DNA of 61,282 nt, counting the filler. It is 10 parts of 10 records of this genome, joined end to end, with 100 filler letters (N's around TTAATTAATTAA, not from the genome) between each part and the next. Parts side by side here need not be neighbours in the genome. Positions count along the whole stretch, not along the records: positions 47,731 to 57,512 come from SRR7504441_278; positions 57,613 to 61,282 come from SRR7504441_279; 8 more parts are not named here. The stretch is one strand, 5' to 3'. Positions 55,797 to 61,282 of this stretch are shown here, one piece after another; position 1 is the stretch's first letter; each line of letters starts with the position of its first letter. The notes under the pieces were generated by a model. That model saw only the letters and a list, made by a program, of their open reading frames with translations. It was not told where the DNA came from and searched no databases. Both the position numbers and the translations under genes were made by a program.

Positions 55797-56932
55797 ATGC
55801 TCGGACACCCGATGATGAGACCGCCGATGATGGGAGGGCCGGCCCAGTTCGCTGGGCTGCCGCACCCGCCACCGTGGCGGCTGTGGGCCGGGCAGAGCGC
55901 ACCGGAGCCCGAGACCCCGGTGCTGGAGGTGGATCCGGGCTATTATTGCGTGGACCCGAACTGCCCAAAGGCAAAGTACGTGGCTTCCCGGCTGCCCGGT
56001 TTCGAGTTCAAGAACGTGCCCTCCTTCTTCGACGTCGGTGGCATCTGCGCCGACCCCAAGGTGCGGCCCCGCGCCGCCCGCCCGATCGGCGGCAGGCGCT
56101 AGAGATCTGCACCGACATCTTCGCCGAGCGGTGGCCCTGCCCAGGCCGGCCTGAGCCTTGACTGGCAGCTACCGCCGAATGAACGTGAGCTCAATCTGCG
56201 GACTGGACGCTCGCGGGTTCATCTTCGGTCCGCTGATCGCCCAGCGGCTGCAGCTGCCGTTCTTCATGCTCCGGAAGGAAGGTCCGGCTGCGGCCGGGCG
56301 GGCTCACTCGAGCCAGGCAAGCTGCCGGGGCCGGTGCTGGAGACCCCGTACGAGACAGAGTACTCGAAGGAGGTGCTGACCATCCCGTGCAACGCAGTGA
56401 GGCCGGGCGACCGGGTCGTGATCGTTGATGACTTGATCGCTACCGGCGGTGCACGACTGGCTGCCGGCCGACTGAGCGCTGATCCAGGCACCACGATTGC
56501 TGCGGCCAACCTGATATGCGAGGCGGGAGGCGACGTGGTGGAGGTGTGGGCCGGGAGGGCGGCTCGAGCCTGTCCATCCAGGTAGCTGTCATCACAGCGA
56601 TTGCATTCTTTAAAGGCTGGAGGAATTTCCGGAATTCGCTACCTTCGCTCGCAGAGGTACCCATCTTCAGTATCGTCGAGGCCACAGCAACACCTGCCAT
56701 GCCGGAAGGTGCGCCTAGGCGGTGGCGTGGTCAGCTGATTGGCTGCACAGGATCGACTGCGTCCTTTGTGGTCAAGGCCCAAAGCGAGGAGCACTGTGCA
56801 ATGGTAGAGGCGATGAAGGGTGCAGAGCAAGGATCGGTCTTGTGCAAGCGTGCTGACGGCAGCTATCATGCAGCTGTCCCTGACGCCAGTCAAATCAATG
56901 AAGCATACCTGCTAGAGGGAGCTGACCATTAG
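55797..56932 (+). CDS. APRT: Adenine phosphoribosyltransferase with N- and C-terminal extensions, multi-exon
   Basis: GLDARGFIFG, MLRKE|GKLPG, YETEY and VVIVDDLIATG|GT (PRPP motif). Six short GT-AG introns. Confidence 0.92.
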
Positions 56933-57074
56933 CCAATCGGAACAAGAAGAGTTCGCATTGGTCAGCCATCCGTTGTTGATCATGCGATTGTAGTTGGTGC
57001 TATTCTAGTGCAGCATATACGGCACAATGGAACCTTGTGCGAATACAAAGCACAATTTCAATCATAGAACTGTT

Positions 57075-57512
57075 TTAGTAGAGCTGGACATGGAGATCCA
57101 TGTTCCCAGAGGGTGAGTTGGGCGACTCTGCAGGCACCGGTTCTGTTGCCCACCTACTTAGATTATCCTTGAGAAGGTCTATAACCGCATTCGATTCCTT
57201 GTACGCCTCGTTCGGCAGAGTATCCAGATGCGGGATTGCGTCGTCGAATACTCGCTTGGCTACCTTCATTGCTTGGAGCCCATCTTTCAAAATCTCGTGG
57301 TAAAACACCGACAGATTGAGAGCCACGGCTAGCCGAGTGGCATTCCATGCTGGGAGCTGCTCCCGGCACAGCTGGTAAGAATCTAGGTATGCTGCTCTGG
57401 CGCGCTCTTTGTACAAGATGTGCAAAGCCTCGTTGGCTTCGTTCTGAAGTGGGCCCAGGTTGGCGCATCAGCTCCGTTCGTACCCCACCTACCCCCCGGT
57501 GGAGCTCCGGGC
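57075..57512 (-). CDS. Divergent 14-3-3 family protein, 3' part
   Basis: RLAVALNLSVFYHEI, FDDAI..LDTL..EAYKES, LLKDNL. Confidence 0.85.
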
Positions 57513-57612
57513 NNNNNNNNNNNNNNNNNNNNNNNNNNNNNNNNNNNNNNNNNNNNTTAATTAATTAANNNNNNNNNNNNNNNNNNNNNNNNNNNNNNNN
57601 NNNNNNNNNNNN
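57513..57612. other. Artificial contig linker
   Basis: N44-TTAATTAATTAA-N44. Confidence 0.98.
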
Positions 57613-58022
57613 TCCGAGCTCGAGCCGCAGCTTCCCATTGTGCCGAACGAGCGAGCCTCGATGTGAACTGCATAACGGAACAATGCCCACGCTGTCGAAG
57701 CTGCGCGGACAGGCCGGCCGTTCGACTCGTCGGCTCCGGCGATTGCTGGGCTCGGCGCTCAAGCACCGACGGGATCGCGCCACCACCCGCCGGCCCGCCG
57801 CCTCCGAGGCCGCCCCGGTGCCTTCCGGCGCCCACCTGCGCTTCCTGGCCGAACTGCCCGCGACTTGTGCCCTCGCGGGTCCGTTGGACTACAATCCACG
57901 GGCACGCCAGTCTCGCTACATGTAGTGGGCGTGCAAGGACGGTACGCCGGCACGAGTACGGTACTGTATACTTGTAGTACGTGCGCAGTACTTACGTGCT
58001 TTATATCATAATCGCCGACAAC

Positions 58023-60159
58023 CTAGGCTTGGCCATATAGAGCTGGGCTAGCAGACCCGCGGTCAGCCGTGACGGGGTGGATGCGCTCGAGGCTCCGGCC
58101 CGCCGTGCTCGTCATCGCGCTCACCCTTGTAGTAGTTGCCGTACTCTTCCAACAGGCTCTCGACCGCCTCGTCCTCCCGGTGGTACTCGCGAGCTTGCTC
58201 CAGCAGCTCGGTGGCCTGAACCCCCGCCAATTAACGCATCCTCCGCGCTGAGCTACCCGCGTCCGCTCGCCGAGTCGCCCGTGCACCTCAGCCAGCGCGA
58301 TCCAGTGGTCGGGAGAGCGCTTGTCGAGCTCGAGAGCTCGAGTCAGGCACTTCTGCGCCTGCTTGAACTCGCCTGCACACACTGAGCACAGCATCTTGCC
58401 AGCCGCACCTTTGTCTGTGTGCAGCCTCGCCTGCAGGTTGTGCGACGCAGCCTCCTCTGGCAGCAGCTCGACCGCTCTGCGGATGAATGTGGCTGCAGTC
58501 GACGAGAGCATAGCCCGGAGCGCAGGATCTGCACCGACTCAGCTGCGCAATCGGGAGGGCGCACCGGTTCCGGCGATCCCGCTGGCGTGGTCCTCCGGAT
58601 TGCCGTTGGCTATCTTATATAGCTGCTCCGCAAGCGCCACAGGGCCTGACACTGGCGGCCAGGTTCGTCCTGATTGCATCAGCTTCGCGAGGTGGCCGAT
58701 GCCCAGTTTAGCCATAGGTATGTCCTCCTGCTCGACAGGTCAGCCCAGCCCGGACGCAGCTCGCCTTCTCGACCGCCAGTTGCAAGAGAGTAGCTCCCAA
58801 ATTCTGGCGAGCCACCTGTAACCTTCACATCAGACTTGACTAGTATTGGCTCAGGCCTTGGAGGCCGGCCAAATCTCAACGGCAGCCCTGTAGCTGGCGG
58901 CGGCCTGGTGCAGCGCCGAGTGGGACGATTCCAAGCTGAGGGGCGCGGAAAGCTCGTAAACTTGATAGAAGATTTCTCCAACGTCGTTTTGAACTTTGGA
59001 GGAGCCTGGCTGAAGCTCGAGTGCCTTGAGGGCCAGACTGGCCGCCCGGTTCGCACCGGCCTGCTGCAGGGCGCGCGAGGCTTTGCCCTCGGTAACGGTC
59101 GAATTCTGAATCTCCTGCAGCTCACGGGCCTGACGAACCACCAAGTTGGCAAAAGTTATGTAGCTCTGGCAGAGAAGAGGGATCAGCCCGGGGGTGTTGC
59201 CGCCAGAGTTGGCCTTCTGGGCGAGTTTAGCCGTCACATGCTCCATCTGCTGCTCGTCGGTCAAGTTCCCGGGGGGACGAGCGGTGATCTGGCCGAGGGA
59301 ATCCTCGATCCCCCCGGGCAGCCCTCGATCCATCTTGTGAATAAGAACGTATGTCTTCATGGTCTCTACACTCCACCCGACCACCCAGCCCTCCGGCACC
59401 AGAAGACACTCCCCCGGCCGGACCACCACCCTGCTCCATCCGGGCTCCAGCTCTTCAGCCTGGGTGAACAAGGTCATCGGTTGATTCACCAACTGCACCC
59501 GGTCAGCGCTCGCGAGAGCCAATCGCACCGGATGAGTAATGTTGGGCGGCCAGAGCACCACGTGCATGTTCCCGCCTTCCATATTCGACAGCAGCTGCGG
59601 CGGGCCCACGTGGATCCCGACCCCGCTCCCCGGCGGCCCGGCGGCCATCACCGGGGATCCAGTCTCGAGCCAGGGCACTTGGACCGGCTCGGCCTGCCCC
59701 ACCGTCAGCCGCACCGGCCCCGGGGCACCGGCTGGAGCGGCTCGATCAGGTGCTCCGGCTCGGTGCAACTGCACCTGCGGCCAGTGAGCTCGAGCTTCGG
59801 GAGCGCGCCAACCCGTAGCTGGCGAGGCAGCCGCAAGTCTTGTACCGGGGGGCCTTCTTCAAGAACTGATGGAGCGAGAGCCGGCGGCCGGCTGTGGGGC
59901 TGGGCCCGCCCGGCACCGGGTGGCTCGGGCGGGTGTTGGCCGGTCGGTCCCTGGCCTGCCACGAAATCTGATTCATCAAGTCTCCGGGGGTGGCTGCGAT
60001 ATCCATCGACCAATGCCCGGCCCTCCCGGTGAACAGGCAGGGCTCGCCGGCTTGGAGCGCCGGGAGGGCCTCGTCTGCCGCCTGGTGGTTCTTCAACTCC
60101 CGGATCGTCGCGCCAGCCGCGGCGGCCAGCAGCCACAGCCCGCACACCACTCTCACCAT
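58023..60159 (-). CDS. Signal-peptide JmjC/cupin-like + TPR protein, multi-exon (3' end uncertain)
   Basis: GPPGSGVGIH..VVLWPP..VRPGECLLVPEGW and TPR-like ALKALELQP, RALELD. Confidence 0.65.
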
Positions 60160-60404
60160 GTGATGTCCCGAACGCGTTGCCGTTGAGGACCTACGATTGA
60201 GCCGTCGGGACGGACGAGTGTGCACAATTATTTATGCACAATTTGCAAGTGCGCAATATCATATGACGCATATATAATGACACAACCGGTACCGACCGTG
60301 CGGTAACTTTATCGACCAGCGAGCAATGTTCACAACATTGCTTCATTACCCGCGCTAGTCGAATAAGGTCTCTCCAGCATATCCCGAGCATGATCGCGAG
60401 CCCA

Positions 60405-61282
60405 TCAGTCAGCCGAACTTGCGATGCCCTCCTTCTCAAACTCGGTGAACGCCAACGGCTGCACGAACGACTTGAGCCCAAGCTTCCGGTGCTCCCGAGC
60501 CGACAGCCCCTTGGCCGTGATATCCTGCCCTTTTGCTCGCACCCTATACTCTACCAGCATAAACAGCCACCGGAAAGAACTTTTGCAGCTCGCACACAAG
60601 TTTATCGTGCAGCTCGGCCCACAGTCTGTGAGCCTCGCGAGCCTCCGGCCGCTCCTCCTCAGCGGAGCCGGCCACCTGCAGAGGGCTCGCACCCAGGCCC
60701 AGGGCGCAGCACCTGATGCAGCAACAGCCCGTCTGCATGATCGCGAGCCACGAGCGCGTCGTTGTACACCACCACCATGCAGTCCTCCAGCACCCGGGCC
60801 CTTTGCCGGCACCGCTCCACCTCAGCTTCCAACGGAGCCCTATCCGCTCGTAGCTTTGCCAGCAGCGCCTCGAGCTCTCGCACTGTTGCTCTCAGCTTGC
60901 GCAGCTCAATCAGCTCCTCGCGCTCCAGGCTCAAGCTGGCCCTCGCCTCGATCAGATCGGTGTCCACACTCCCCGATGGCGCCTTGAGCAGTTCCATCGC
61001 TACCAGCGCAGTCGCCATCTTCTCTTTGGCAGTCTCAAAATCCTTTCTCGCCTGCTCGAGTGCAACAGCGTGAGCCCGTCGCTCGGCCTCCGCCTGCTTC
61101 TCCAGCGCGGCCGCCGTCTGCTGCCACTCGTGCCGTGCTCGCTCGGAGGCCGCCAGCGCCTGCTGCAGCCCGTCCTGCTCCTCGGCGAGTACCGCCAGCT
61201 CGCGCTCAAGTCGAGCCTTCTCGTTCAGGTGCACCGCCAGCGCGGCCGCCATCTCGGCCTTGACATGGGCCACCTCCTGCGC
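60405..61282 (-). CDS. Coiled-coil protein, 3' part
   Basis: Long heptad-rich frame running off the window end. Confidence 0.55.

Noticed and set aside
7270-57612. Recurrent TTAATTAATTAA flanked by Ns as a biological repeat or array
   Set aside because: Identical 100-nt six-frame-stop linker added during contig concatenation.
234-61282. Alternative genetic code, selenocysteine read-through, programmed frameshifts or mass pseudogenisation to explain broken ORFs
   Set aside because: The stops and frame changes I examined fall inside short GT/GC-AG introns whose removal restores conserved motifs.
1-61282. Functional gene cluster, transposon, viral insert, tRNA or rRNA
   Set aside because: Contigs are unlinked and neighbouring genes are functionally unrelated. 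I recognised no transposase, RT, integrase, capsid or structural RNA signature.

Overview
This window is not contiguous DNA. It is ten short contigs joined by nine artificial 100-nt linkers (N44-TTAATTAATTAA-N44), so gene adjacency means something only within a contig. The DNA is the nuclear genome of a GC-rich, very compact unicellular eukaryote that I cannot name from sequence alone. Genes often sit head-to-head 70-170 nt apart. Many carry ~33-48 nt spliceosomal introns with frequent GC-AG donors, which is why the six-frame ORF track is fragmented. About 40 genes are recognisable, including NudC, PLD, carboxylesterase, RCC1-repeat, MATE, NUDT7-like, FKBP-TPR, DNAJC11, an AA15-like LPMO, CAP, NOP9, pirin, ABCG, U-box, VAMP7, APRT and 14-3-3. 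The most notable observations are: (1) a predicted ER-resident prolyl-4-hydroxylase fused to two VHL-beta-like domains; (2) a bacterial-type VIT-vWA protein running in frame into RNA Pol II CTD-like YSPTSPS heptads; (3) a YAACGG motif in 18 of 21 start-proximal regions, also amplified as 10-bp-phased arrays and inside sequence-related introns of one receptor-pseudokinase gene; (4) a TLC+PAQR fusion ORF; (5) an RCC-reductase-like gene with no transit peptide. All family calls come from motif recognition by eye. No database searches were run, and multi-exon models are manual.
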